DNA from: Candidatus Cloacimonadota bacterium
GTDB lineage: Bacteria; Cloacimonadota; Cloacimonadia; JGIOTU-2
Direction of reading: 5' to 3'
Assembly: GCA_049903315.1 (NCBI GenBank)
Contig: JBNGBT010000010.1
Location: 1 to 64,000, forward strand
DNA: 64,000 nucleotides
Shown here: piece after piece, positions 21,118 through 30,344 of the stretch
Layout of the letters: every line of letters begins with the position of its first letter
How positions within the stretch are numbered: position 1 is the first letter of the stretch
The notes under the pieces: model-generated
Database searches by the model: none
What the model was told of the DNA's origin: nothing
Seen by the model: only the letters and a program-made list of their open reading frames with translations
Position numbers and translations under genes: made by a program

Positions 21118-22122
21118 ATGAAAAAGATATCTCGATTTATCATATGCTATTGTTTGCTCATAGGATGCTCACAGAATCAAAAGCAAGAAATGCATAAGGA
21201 AGAGGTTATGTCTGAAAAGCAGATTGTTGAGCACCCTCTTTCAATTGACTATCTCAGATCAAAACAATTTCCGGAAGGTCGGACTGAAGTCATCGAAACG
21301 GTTTTTATAAATGAATCCTATTCAAAATATATCATCTCTTACAATTCTGATGGCAATATCCTCTATGCCGCACTCGCAGTTCCCGCTAGAAGCGATTCAG
21401 CACAGACGTTTCCTGCAATCATTTTTAATCATGGCTATATTCCTCCGGATAAATATGATAACACAAAAAAATATGTCAGGTATATTGATTTTCTGGCGCG
21501 AAACGGATTCGTAGTTTGTATGCCGGATTATCGGGGACACGGCAAATCAGGAGGAATCCCGACACCACCATATTTTACGAATGATTATCTTACGGATGTA
21601 ATGAATGCCTTGAGTTCTGTTGCAAAGCTTGAATACGTTGATACGACAAATATTTTCATGTGGGGGCACTCTATGGGAGGGACATTAACCCAGCAGGCAA
21701 TGGTCGTTGATACGCGCATAAAAGCCGGTGTCATCTGGGGTGGTGTGGTCGGCACGTATGAAGATATATTCTATACCTTTGAGGAAAAAGTCCCGTGGAC
21801 GCGAAAAGGCGGATATATCATGCAAAAGATGAAAGAGTTGGAGGATAAGTACGGAGAATTCTCATTAGAGAATGAATTCTGGAAAGCGATTTCTCCTATT
21901 GCTCATATTGATAAGATAAGCGGACCGGTTCAGCTCCATCATGCGAGATATGATCCCTCTGTGCCTGTTGAACTTTCCATTGCTTTTGCTCAACATATGG
22001 AAAATGCCGGACAATCAGTTGAACTCTTTATTTATAATTCATCGGATCATAATATCGGAAATCCGCATTTCGAAGAAGCAATGCAGCGCACAGTGGATTT
22101 TTATAAAAAATATGTAGAATAA
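21118..22122 (+). CDS. Alpha/beta hydrolase (S9 peptidase-like), probable lipoprotein
   Basis: HGY, PDYRGHG, GHSMGG nucleophile elbow, DPSVP and SDHN; start moved from 20842 to ATG 21118 (lipobox LIGC); ATG 21208 is an alternative. Confidence 0.82.
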   Translation: MKKISRFIICYCLLIGCSQNQKQEMHKEEVMSEKQIVEHPLSIDYLRSKQFPEGRTEVIETVFINESYSKYIISYNSDGNILYAALAVPARSDSAQTFPAIIFNHGYIPPDKYDNTKKYVRYIDFLARNGFVVCMPDYRGHGKSGGIPTPPYFTNDYLTDVMNALSSVAKLEYVDTTNIFMWGHSMGGTLTQQAMVVDTRIKAGVIWGGVVGTYEDIFYTFEEKVPWTRKGGYIMQKMKELEDKYGEFSLENEFWKAISPIAHIDKISGPVQLHHARYDPSVPVELSIAFAQHMENAGQSVELFIYNSSDHNIGNPHFEEAMQRTVDFYKKYVE

Positions 22123-22143
22123 ACAAATCTCAGGAGAGATAAA

Positions 22144-23307
22144 ATGAAAGATAAGATAAACTTAGGATTACGGTTTTTTCTGATCATACTCATCGTCGTT
22201 GTTGGATCAATTATTTCTGTGCGATTGTGGTCTGGAAAGTCTGAGAAGATAGATAAACCGGCTGAAATCGTTATCAATGAGAATATGACTATTTCTGAAA
22301 TCGGGAAAGTGAACAAGCTTGAAAATATCGTCCTCAAAAATGCATTCGATCTCCGATCAAAAGAAGAGATGCAAAAAAAACTCTCGGACTTTGATCTCTC
22401 TGTTGAGCAGGCAGTATCAAAAATACAAAAATCCATGGCTTTACAGTCTGAAGATGCATCAAAGAACTGGGTAAAGATCGTGGTAAAATTCGGACTCTGG
22501 TTTGCGTTCCTGATATTTATGTTTGTCATGATGAAAAAGAAAAAAGTGAGTACCGCAAACAGGAGCTGGTTCTACTTTATTGCAGTTATGATTTTTGGTG
22601 TGATCCTCAGTGCCGACCCTTCACCTATGGGAACGATTAAAGATAACTTTGCTCTATTTGGCGCGTATCATGTTCTCTTCCCGCCGAGATTAGTTGCACT
22701 TGCACTTATGCTGCTCATGGTCATTCTTGCAAACAAATTCATATGCTCATGGGGCTGTCAGCTTGGAACATTGCAGGATCTCATTTTCAGGATCAATAAA
22801 GATAAAAAGGGGAAACCGGTTATCGCGAAGATCAAAATACCATTTGTGATCACGAACACGATTCGGATTATTTTCTTTCTTGTCTTTGCGATTATAGCAT
22901 TAGTGTGGGCATTTGATATTATTGAGCCGGTCGATCTTTTTAAGATATTCAAGCCGTCTGCACTTGGAATTATCGGCATTATTTTTGCAGCGATCGTGTT
23001 TAGTTTGTCGTTGGTCGTCTATCGTCCCTGGTGCCATTTCTTCTGTCCTTTTGGATTGATTGGCTGGATTGCCGAGAAGATAAGCATTACAAAAATAAAG
23101 GTTGATTATGATAAATGTATTGCGTGCGGAACCTGTATAAAGAGTTGTCCTTCAAACGTGATGGAAGCCATTATCAAAATGAAAAAGACGATCCCCGATT
23201 GCTTTTCCTGTGCATCCTGTATTGAGAGTTGTCCTGTCGATGCGATAAGCTTCGGGGGAGGAAAGCGGGATAAACCGACGAAGGAAATATTGGAGAAGTT
23301 AAAGTGA
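22144..23307 (+). CDS. Membrane polyferredoxin (NapH/FixG-like 4Fe-4S binding protein)
   Basis: Multiple TMs, CSWGCQLG and WCHFFCPFG motifs, two C-terminal CxxCxxCxxxCP motifs. Confidence 0.85.
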   Translation: MKDKINLGLRFFLIILIVVVGSIISVRLWSGKSEKIDKPAEIVINENMTISEIGKVNKLENIVLKNAFDLRSKEEMQKKLSDFDLSVEQAVSKIQKSMALQSEDASKNWVKIVVKFGLWFAFLIFMFVMMKKKKVSTANRSWFYFIAVMIFGVILSADPSPMGTIKDNFALFGAYHVLFPPRLVALALMLLMVILANKFICSWGCQLGTLQDLIFRINKDKKGKPVIAKIKIPFVITNTIRIIFFLVFAIIALVWAFDIIEPVDLFKIFKPSALGIIGIIFAAIVFSLSLVVYRPWCHFFCPFGLIGWIAEKISITKIKVDYDKCIACGTCIKSCPSNVMEAIIKMKKTIPDCFSCASCIESCPVDAISFGGGKRDKPTKEILEKLK

Positions 23308-23341
23308 AGAAGCGCGAAAGCGAATAAGCGGAAAAGCGATC
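23302..23341 (+). repeat. Degenerate 8-bp tandem repeat AAG(C/T)G-NNN x5
   Basis: aagtgaag aagcgcga aagcgaat aagcggaa aagcgatc. Confidence 0.65.
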
Positions 23342-23464
23342 CACCTGCTCCGCCCACTGACGGATAACCTTCGCAACGGTTGTACTTCTAAAATCTTAAA
23401 TCTGTGTTCTGCATTCATCATTCAAAAACTTCATCACGGAATGGTCCATGGCGACTCTATTATA

Positions 23465-23494
23465 ATTTGTGTTCATTCGTGTTAATCGGTGGTT
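23465..23494 (+). repeat. Degenerate 10-bp tandem repeat x3
   Basis: atttgtgttc attcgtgtta atcggtggtt. Confidence 0.6.
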
Positions 23495-23500
23495 AATAAC

Positions 23501-23534
23501 AAAAAAAGCACGAAATCTTACGACTCCGTGCTTT
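23501..23534 (-). terminator. Intrinsic terminator of hppA
   Basis: Minus strand AAAGCACGGA-loop-TTCGTGC followed by T7. Confidence 0.75.
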
Positions 23535-23555
23535 ATCTATTTGGGGGTTATTGGA

Positions 23556-25760
23556 TTACATTATACCAAGGAATTGCTGGATTGCAGGGGAGAACGCCAC
23601 GATCATACCGGCGAACACAATACTTACCATGCTCATCAGTTTAATTAGAATATTAATTGAAGGACCGGCAGTATCTTTGAACGGATCACCAACTGTGTCG
23701 CCAACCACACATGCTTTGTGCACTTCAGATCCCTTGCCGCCATAATGCCCGATCTCAACATATTTCTTTGCATTATCCCATGCACCGCCTGAGTTATTCA
23801 TCATGATTGCGAGCGTGAAACCGGTGGTGAGTCCACCAGCCAATAAGCCCATCACACCCGAAACACCAAGAATGAGACCCACAACAATAGGGGTGAGAAT
23901 GCCGAGAAGTGCGGGAGCGACCATTTCTTTCTGCGCTCCTTTAGTGGAAATAAGCACACATTTTGCATACTCGGGTTCGGTTGTTCCTTCCATAATGCCG
24001 GGAAGTTCCTTAAATTGTCTGCGGACTTCGGCAACCATATCGCCAGCAGCTCTTCCAACTGCCTTGAGTGTGAACGCTGCAAAAACAAAGGTGACCATTG
24101 CACCAAGGAAAAGACCAATGAGCATTTTGGGATTCATAAGAGTAATATTATAATGTTCAACAAAGTTGGCAATAGTTGCAGTGCTCAAATCGACACCTGC
24201 GATCATAGTTTCACCTGCGAATTTAAGTCCTGTACGCACTTCTTCAAGATAGGAAGCAAGAAGCGCCATTGCGGTGAGCGCTGCAGAGCCGATTGCAAAT
24301 CCTTTTCCTGTCGCAGCAGTGGTATTTCCCACGGAGTCAAGAGCATCGGTTTTTTCCCGAACTTCTTTTGGTAGCTTGGACATTTCTGCGTTACCGCCAG
24401 CATTGTCTGCAATAGGACCAAACGCGTCCATAGCAAGAGTGACACCAAGCGTGGAAAGCATTCCTACGGCACCAAAACCGATTCCGTATAATCCCATTTC
24501 GGGGATACTAAAACCCTTACTCGCTGCGAAAGCTGCCAGAATTGCGATGGCAATAATGACGACAGGAGCGCCGGTAGATCTCATCCCTACTGCTAGTCCG
24601 TCTATAATAACCGTTGCCGGACCGAACTCTGCCTGTTCAGCGATTCCTTTTGTTGGTTTATAACTATAAGAAGTAGATCGTTCCGTGAATATACCTATCA
24701 GAATACCTGCAAGCAACCCTATTACCATAGCAAAGAATACTCCAAGAGAATATTCAGGAGGAAGCATCCATTTAGTGACAAAAAATGCTACAATTGCAAT
24801 GAGGATCGAGCTGCCGTACACGCCTTTATTTAAGGCAAACATGAGATCTTTTGTCGTGGCGTCCTCTTTGGTGGAAACCAGATAAATTCCAAGTATTGAG
24901 AGGAAAGCACCAATACCTGCGAGAACCATGGGAGCCGTTACAAAACGAATTGCAAGGTCCTGCAATGCGGGAAATTTTATTGAGATTTGTGTGAATGCAG
25001 CCATACCGAGTGCTGCAGTTGCCAGGATCGAACCGGCATAGGATTCATAAAGATCAGCGCCCATACCTGCCACATCACCGACATTATCACCGACGTTATC
25101 TGCAATTGTTGCTGGATTGCGGGGATCATCTTCGGGAATTCCCGCTTCGACCTTGCCCACAAGGTCAGCACCGACATCAGCAGCTTTGGTATAAATACCT
25201 CCGCCGAGTCGTGCAAAAAGTGCCTGTGTGGAAGCACCCATACCAAAACTCAGCATCACAACTGTGATCGTATGAAGATCCATCTTAAAAGTATTGAGTA
25301 CAAAGAACCAAGCGGAGATGTCAACCAGGGCAAGTCCCACGACCACAAGTCCCATCACACCGCCTGCGCGGAAGGCAATGGTGAGTCCTTTATTCAGACT
25401 TTGACGAGCGCCTTGAGCAGTTCTATTGGATGCAAGCGTTGCTGTGTTCATGCCGATCCAGCCTGCGAGACCGCTAAAGAATCCACCGGTCAAAAATGCC
25501 CATGGAATAAGTGGATGAAGTACTTTCAGCACCCATGCCATAATGTTAAAAACGATGAATGCAATGATAAAGAATATTCCTACTCCTCTATATTGCTGCT
25601 TAAGATATGCAAATGCTCCTTCGCGCACATATTTTGCGATTTTCTGCATCTGCTCATTACCCGGGTCTTCTTTTTTTACACTCTTATAAAGAATGAATGA
25701 AAAGATAAGGGCAACTATCGCACCAGCTGGAGCAACAATCCATAACAAAGGGATATTCAT
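23556..25760 (-). CDS. hppA: Membrane-bound K+-dependent ion-translocating pyrophosphatase (Na+,H+-PPase signature)
   Basis: GGGIYTKAADVGADLVGKVE, EDDPRN, DNVGDNVGD, GPIADNAGG, GNTTAATGKG and GDTVGDPFKDT motifs. Confidence 0.97.
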   Translation of the reverse strand: MNIPLLWIVAPAGAIVALIFSFILYKSVKKEDPGNEQMQKIAKYVREGAFAYLKQQYRGVGIFFIIAFIVFNIMAWVLKVLHPLIPWAFLTGGFFSGLAGWIGMNTATLASNRTAQGARQSLNKGLTIAFRAGGVMGLVVVGLALVDISAWFFVLNTFKMDLHTITVVMLSFGMGASTQALFARLGGGIYTKAADVGADLVGKVEAGIPEDDPRNPATIADNVGDNVGDVAGMGADLYESYAGSILATAALGMAAFTQISIKFPALQDLAIRFVTAPMVLAGIGAFLSILGIYLVSTKEDATTKDLMFALNKGVYGSSILIAIVAFFVTKWMLPPEYSLGVFFAMVIGLLAGILIGIFTERSTSYSYKPTKGIAEQAEFGPATVIIDGLAVGMRSTGAPVVIIAIAILAAFAASKGFSIPEMGLYGIGFGAVGMLSTLGVTLAMDAFGPIADNAGGNAEMSKLPKEVREKTDALDSVGNTTAATGKGFAIGSAALTAMALLASYLEEVRTGLKFAGETMIAGVDLSTATIANFVEHYNITLMNPKMLIGLFLGAMVTFVFAAFTLKAVGRAAGDMVAEVRRQFKELPGIMEGTTEPEYAKCVLISTKGAQKEMVAPALLGILTPIVVGLILGVSGVMGLLAGGLTTGFTLAIMMNNSGGAWDNAKKYVEIGHYGGKGSEVHKACVVGDTVGDPFKDTAGPSINILIKLMSMVSIVFAGMIVAFSPAIQQFLGIM

Positions 25761-26106
25761 AGAGAATCCTCCTGAAATTAATGTTGATTTGTGGTCAGAT
25801 TTTTAAGCCCATTTCCGTTTGTCAAGGATAGGAAAAAGAGAGATTGAAATAAAAAAAGAATGTAAACAACATCCTGGTTAATCATTTACTAGGTAACACC
25901 CAAAAGACATAAATGATTTAGTTATAATTTCGCGCGATACTCCATTAATTTCCCATGCTAAAATGGTTGAAATTTAAATTTTCCAATCTTTCTTATAAAA
26001 ACTTGACACGTTAACAATAGCCAAATGTTTTACCGACCAAATAACTTACTTCAAAAATAATTTATTATATGATTAGACCTAAAAGCTTGAATGAGAAAGG
26101 ACAGAA

Positions 26107-27129
26107 ATGGTCGTTTCAAAATCCGATCTAATTAAATTTTTCAATTCAATACAATCACAGTTTGATATTTTTGCTCCCTATAAAACAGAAAGAGAAAAAG
26201 ACGATCTCGTATTCAAAAAATATGACTCGGATAAAGAATTTGTGCTTGATAAATACCGAACTGTCGATCCTGTAAGGGCTTTATTTTATATGCCTTCCGA
26301 AAGTGTGCTTCCCCCTTCTGCAAAATCCAATAAAAGAATTATTGCAGGAGTGAAAAACTGCGATCTTCTCGGGCTTGCTGTGCTGGACGATGCGCTTCTC
26401 AAAGATAATTTTGTAGAACCAAATTACAAAATCTGGCGAGATAGTTCGTACATCATAAGCTGTGACTGCACCGATGCGCTTCAGACCTGCCATTGTGTTC
26501 TGCTCGACAATAATCCCTACCCGGATCAGGATACGGAAGGCACTATGCTTTTTGATATCAATCTTTCTCCAGTAGACGATAATTTCTTAATCACGGTTGG
26601 GAGTAAGAAGGGTGAAGAGCTGCTCAATATGATAAAAAAAGAATGCTCACTCACAAAAGCTACTGATCATGATAAAGAAAGCCGCGAAGCAAATCATGCT
26701 GAGGTTCTCAAAAAAGTCAGAGATATAAATTCTGATTTTACGCCAGACAGGCATTACGATGTCATTACAGAGAACAAGGAAGCATCTGTGTGGAAAGAGT
26801 TCTGTAATGAATGTGTGCAATGCGGCGCGTGTACGAATATCTGCCCGACCTGTTACTGCCTCATTCTTAATGATGAAAGTACAAAAGAAGAATTCCGTAA
26901 GGTTCGTTCATGGGATTCCTGCCAGCTCGCTGGATATGCTGAGGTTGCAGGAGGCGGCACTCCCCGTGAACACAAATGGGAGACGTTTAGAAATCGCTAT
27001 CAATGCAAATACAATTTTATGAAGTCTAATTTCGATAAATTGGGATGCACAGGATGTGGGCGCTGTATTTCCGCCTGTCCTGCAGAAATCGATTTACGAG
27101 AAGTTATTCAAAGTTTACAGGAGGTTTAG
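26107..27129 (+). CDS. Fe-S protein of HydB/AsrA/FlxB type (sulfhydrogenase beta-like)
   Basis: GVKNCDL, CxxxxxxCHC, CVQCGACTNICPTCYC, WDSCQ and GCTGCGRCISACP motifs. Confidence 0.88.
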   Translation: MVVSKSDLIKFFNSIQSQFDIFAPYKTEREKDDLVFKKYDSDKEFVLDKYRTVDPVRALFYMPSESVLPPSAKSNKRIIAGVKNCDLLGLAVLDDALLKDNFVEPNYKIWRDSSYIISCDCTDALQTCHCVLLDNNPYPDQDTEGTMLFDINLSPVDDNFLITVGSKKGEELLNMIKKECSLTKATDHDKESREANHAEVLKKVRDINSDFTPDRHYDVITENKEASVWKEFCNECVQCGACTNICPTCYCLILNDESTKEEFRKVRSWDSCQLAGYAEVAGGGTPREHKWETFRNRYQCKYNFMKSNFDKLGCTGCGRCISACPAEIDLREVIQSLQEV

Positions 27130-27130
27130 G

Positions 27131-27958
27131 TTGCCAGACAAAAACCCCTACGAAGTATTAAAAGCTGATGTCCTCGAAGTCATCGAAGAATCCCCAACGA
27201 TCAAATCATTCTATCTCAAACCCGAGAAACCATTTGATTTTGCGACAGGACAGTTTATTGAGCTCTCATTACCGGGAATTGGTGAAGCACCATTCACTCC
27301 ATCCTCATCACACTATGAGAGGGAGAAAATGTGGGTGACCATCATGAATGCTGGATTTGTGACCAATGAAATTCACAAAGTCCAAAAGGGTGATGTGATG
27401 GGCATTCGCGGTCCCTATGGAAAGGGCTATCCGCTTGATGTGTTCAAAGGAAAAGACGTGCTTCTTCTTGGTGGCGGTGTGGGGCTTGCTCCACTGCGTT
27501 GTCTCCTTCAGACAATGATCCATGATATTAATGATTACAAAAGCATAACTGTATGCTTTGGGGCTCGCACTCCGGATGACATGATCTATAAAGATCAGAT
27601 TGCTGACTGGAAAAAACACGAAAAAATTCATCATTTATGCACGGTTGATAAGTGCTCTGAGAGTGATATTTGGAAAGGAAAGACCGGTGTCGTGACAATC
27701 CTTCTCGATGATATACAGGTTGATCCCAATGATGCAATTGCTGTCGTATGCGGACCTCCTATCATGATGAAGTTTGGAACTTTCTCTCTGCTTGATAAGG
27801 GCTTCAAGCCGGAAAATATTTATCTCTCAATGGAGAAAAAGATGTACTGCGGGTTCGGTCAGTGTCGCCATTGCGTGATGGGTAAATACTATGCGTGCAA
27901 AGATGGTCCCGTGTTCACCTATGAACAGATCAAAGACGAAGAAAAAATCTGGGATTAA
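27131..27958 (+). CDS. FAD/NAD(P)-binding [2Fe-2S] subunit of HydG/AsrB/FlxA type
   Basis: TGQF, GEAPF, RGPYG, GGGVGLAP, CGPPIMM and CGFGQCRHC...CKDGPVF; start set at TTG 27131 after GGAGG. Confidence 0.9.
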   Translation: MPDKNPYEVLKADVLEVIEESPTIKSFYLKPEKPFDFATGQFIELSLPGIGEAPFTPSSSHYEREKMWVTIMNAGFVTNEIHKVQKGDVMGIRGPYGKGYPLDVFKGKDVLLLGGGVGLAPLRCLLQTMIHDINDYKSITVCFGARTPDDMIYKDQIADWKKHEKIHHLCTVDKCSESDIWKGKTGVVTILLDDIQVDPNDAIAVVCGPPIMMKFGTFSLLDKGFKPENIYLSMEKKMYCGFGQCRHCVMGKYYACKDGPVFTYEQIKDEEKIWD

Positions 27959-27986
27959 GTTTATATATTAAAGGAAAGACAGTATC

Positions 27987-28493
27987 ATGAAAAGATTATT
28001 TGTAGATATACCTAAGCTTCTCAAAGAAGAAAGTCTCGAATGCATTGATTGTGAATATCTGTATCACGAAGGAGCTAATCGTGGTGTATTTTCTATTGTA
28101 GAAATCGCAGAATTCGGCGCGTATTGCCGCCAGTGCAAGGAATCTTTCTGCATTGAAGCATGTCCCAAAGATGCACTTGAGCATAGCAAGACCAATATGA
28201 TATTGCGTCATAATATGCGCTGCGTCGGATGTAAAAGCTGTACACTTGCATGCCCATTTGGTACGATCTTTCCAGAGGTTATTAACTATATTTCTCAGAA
28301 ATGTGATTTCTGTTTAAATCAATTGGAAAATGATCCCAATTATGTTCCGCTTTGTGTAAAAACTGCACCAAATGAGACTTTGACAATGGTCGATATCGAT
28401 GAAGATGATCCTGAGAATAATATTTATCTTGTCGGCAGCAGAATGGCAGTGAAGACACATCACTGGCGCAACAAAGTCGGGAAAAATAAATAG
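27987..28493 (+). CDS. HycB/CooF-like Fe-S electron transfer protein with degenerate first cluster
   Basis: CRQC..C...CP, CVGCKSCTLACP, KCDFC and CVKTAP motifs. Confidence 0.82.
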   Translation: MKRLFVDIPKLLKEESLECIDCEYLYHEGANRGVFSIVEIAEFGAYCRQCKESFCIEACPKDALEHSKTNMILRHNMRCVGCKSCTLACPFGTIFPEVINYISQKCDFCLNQLENDPNYVPLCVKTAPNETLTMVDIDEDDPENNIYLVGSRMAVKTHHWRNKVGKNK

Positions 28494-28521
28494 TGCAGGA
28501 TGATGAGGTTCAGGAGATAAT

Positions 28522-29451
28522 ATGCTAAAATATTTGTTCTATTTGCTCGTGTTCCCGGGCTTTCTGTTTGCATCTGTATTTGGTCTAATTGTTGGATGGA
28601 TAGAAAGAAAAGTAAGCGCACGAGTACAATTCCGCGTTGGTCCTCCATTTTTTCAGAATTTTTATGACGTGTTCAAGCTGTGGGGAAAAGAGATCATTCT
28701 TATAAGAAATACACCCTATTTCATATTTGTCGTTGCACCGATCATTGCTTTTGCGACAGTGATCATGACCTCGACATTAGTAGGTGTGACTTTCTTTTAT
28801 GGAATTGGTATCGGCGGAGATCTGCTTTTCATTATATATCTTATGGTCATATATTCCGTCGCGATGATACTCGGAGCATCCTCGACGGGGAACGTATATT
28901 CCAGTATCGGTGCCGGTAGAGAGATGAAAATGCTTATCTCAGATGAATTGGCTTTCGTGCTGGTTATCCTTGTTCCCATTATTCATGCAGGATATAAGAT
29001 CGATCTCACACAAATTTTAGCATATCAAAGTGCCAATGGCATGATCATTGGAACTGCATCAGGTATTATTGCGTTCATAGTCGGCATACTCTGCCTTCAA
29101 GCAAAGATGGGTATGATCCCCTTTGATATTGCGGAAGCAGAAACTGAAATTGTCGAAGGTCCACTCATGGAATATTCCGGACCATTGCTCGCATTCTGGA
29201 AACTGGCACATTATATGATGTATGTCTTCCTGCCGATGCTTTTGGTTATCCTTTTCTGGGGTGGCATGAGCTTTGCTTCATTCGGATCGATCATGGCTGG
29301 CATAGGAAAGTATCTGCTTATTGTCGTGATTATGATCCTTATCAGAAATACAAATCCCCGTGTGCGTATTGACTCTGCAATTAATTTTTTCTGGAAATGG
29401 GCAAGCCCCCTTGCTCTTATCGCCGTAATTCTGGCAATCATAGGAGTGTAA
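28522..29451 (+). CDS. Hydrogenase membrane subunit, NuoH/HycD/MbhM-like
   Basis: ERKVSARVQFRVGPP, PFDIAEAETEIVEGPLMEYSG and NPRVRID motifs. Confidence 0.93.
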   Translation: MLKYLFYLLVFPGFLFASVFGLIVGWIERKVSARVQFRVGPPFFQNFYDVFKLWGKEIILIRNTPYFIFVVAPIIAFATVIMTSTLVGVTFFYGIGIGGDLLFIIYLMVIYSVAMILGASSTGNVYSSIGAGREMKMLISDELAFVLVILVPIIHAGYKIDLTQILAYQSANGMIIGTASGIIAFIVGILCLQAKMGMIPFDIAEAETEIVEGPLMEYSGPLLAFWKLAHYMMYVFLPMLLVILFWGGMSFASFGSIMAGIGKYLLIVVIMILIRNTNPRVRIDSAINFFWKWASPLALIAVILAIIGV

Positions 29452-29454
29452 ATT

Positions 29455-29874
29455 ATGGCTTTTTATAATAAAATTATTAAGAAATCAATCTGGGTTTTTC
29501 ATGTGAGTGCAAGCCCGTGCAACAACTGCGATATTGAAATTCTCGATCTTATCACACCCGGATATGATGTGGAACGCTTCGGTATCAAACTTGTCGGCTC
29601 AGTCCGTCATGCTGATGTTCTTCTTGTAACTGGGGTGGTTTCCTACAAAGTTGCACCACGCATCAAACAATTATATGAGCAAGCAGCCAAACCTCTATTT
29701 GTAATCGGTATCGGAACGTGTACTGCCGGAGGTGCGACCTTCAAAACAAGTTACAATGCAGCAGGAATCCCACTTGAAAAGGTCATTCCTGTCAATGCCT
29801 ATGTCACAGGCTGTCCTCCGAAACCCGAAGCGATGATAGATGGCGTAGTAAAATTATTAGGAACATTAAAATGA
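29455..29874 (+). CDS. Group 4 [NiFe]-hydrogenase small subunit (NuoB/MbhJ-like)
   Basis: CNNCDIE, DVERFG, RHADVLLVTG, GTC and GCPPKPE motifs. Confidence 0.94.
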   Translation: MAFYNKIIKKSIWVFHVSASPCNNCDIEILDLITPGYDVERFGIKLVGSVRHADVLLVTGVVSYKVAPRIKQLYEQAAKPLFVIGIGTCTAGGATFKTSYNAAGIPLEKVIPVNAYVTGCPPKPEAMIDGVVKLLGTLK

Positions 29875-30320
29875 GCGATAAAGGCACAGAATTTTTTGAA
29901 AAATTTCAGGATAAATTAACGAGAGTTATCAAAAAGCCAAGAAGAAATTATTTCAATATAAAGAACGAAGACCTCTGGGAGATCGCAGATTATCTCTTCA
30001 ACACAATGGGATGCCGTCTCTCGATTTGTACTGCGACAGAAGTATATGACGGACTCGAAGTTCTTTACCATTTCTCAGACGACACAACCGGGATCTATTA
30101 TAATCCCCGCGTCAAAACCAGTCTGGAAAATCCTGAAATAAATTCCATCGCACCAATGATCGCTGGTGCGAACTGGATCGAAAGAGAAATGTACGATCTT
30201 TTTGGCATTAAATTTAAAGGACATCCCGATCTGAAAAAACTGCTGACGATCAATAGTCCGCATTTTGGCGAGGATGACCATCCTATGCGTTTTAATCGCA
30301 ACAGAACGAAAGAGAAGTAA
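29871..30320 (+). CDS. NuoC/MbhK-like subunit
   Basis: YHFS and ANWIEREMYDLFGIKFKGHP motifs. Confidence 0.92.
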   Translation: MSDKGTEFFEKFQDKLTRVIKKPRRNYFNIKNEDLWEIADYLFNTMGCRLSICTATEVYDGLEVLYHFSDDTTGIYYNPRVKTSLENPEINSIAPMIAGANWIEREMYDLFGIKFKGHPDLKKLLTINSPHFGEDDHPMRFNRNRTKEK

Positions 30321-30344
30321 CAGGTTTATGCAGAGGAGCATGCA

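Noticed and set aside
24987..25700. 237-aa plus-strand ORF
   Set aside because: Antisense shadow of hppA, no recognisable motifs
25870..25895. Rex operator upstream of the hydrogenase operon
   Set aside because: TGGTTAA-TCA-TTTACTA does not fit the 18-bp TTGTGAA-N4-TTCACAA spacing or sequence
26107..27958. Anaerobic sulfite reductase (asrAB) or group 3b sulfhydrogenase
   Set aside because: No asrC, hydA or hydD in the cluster
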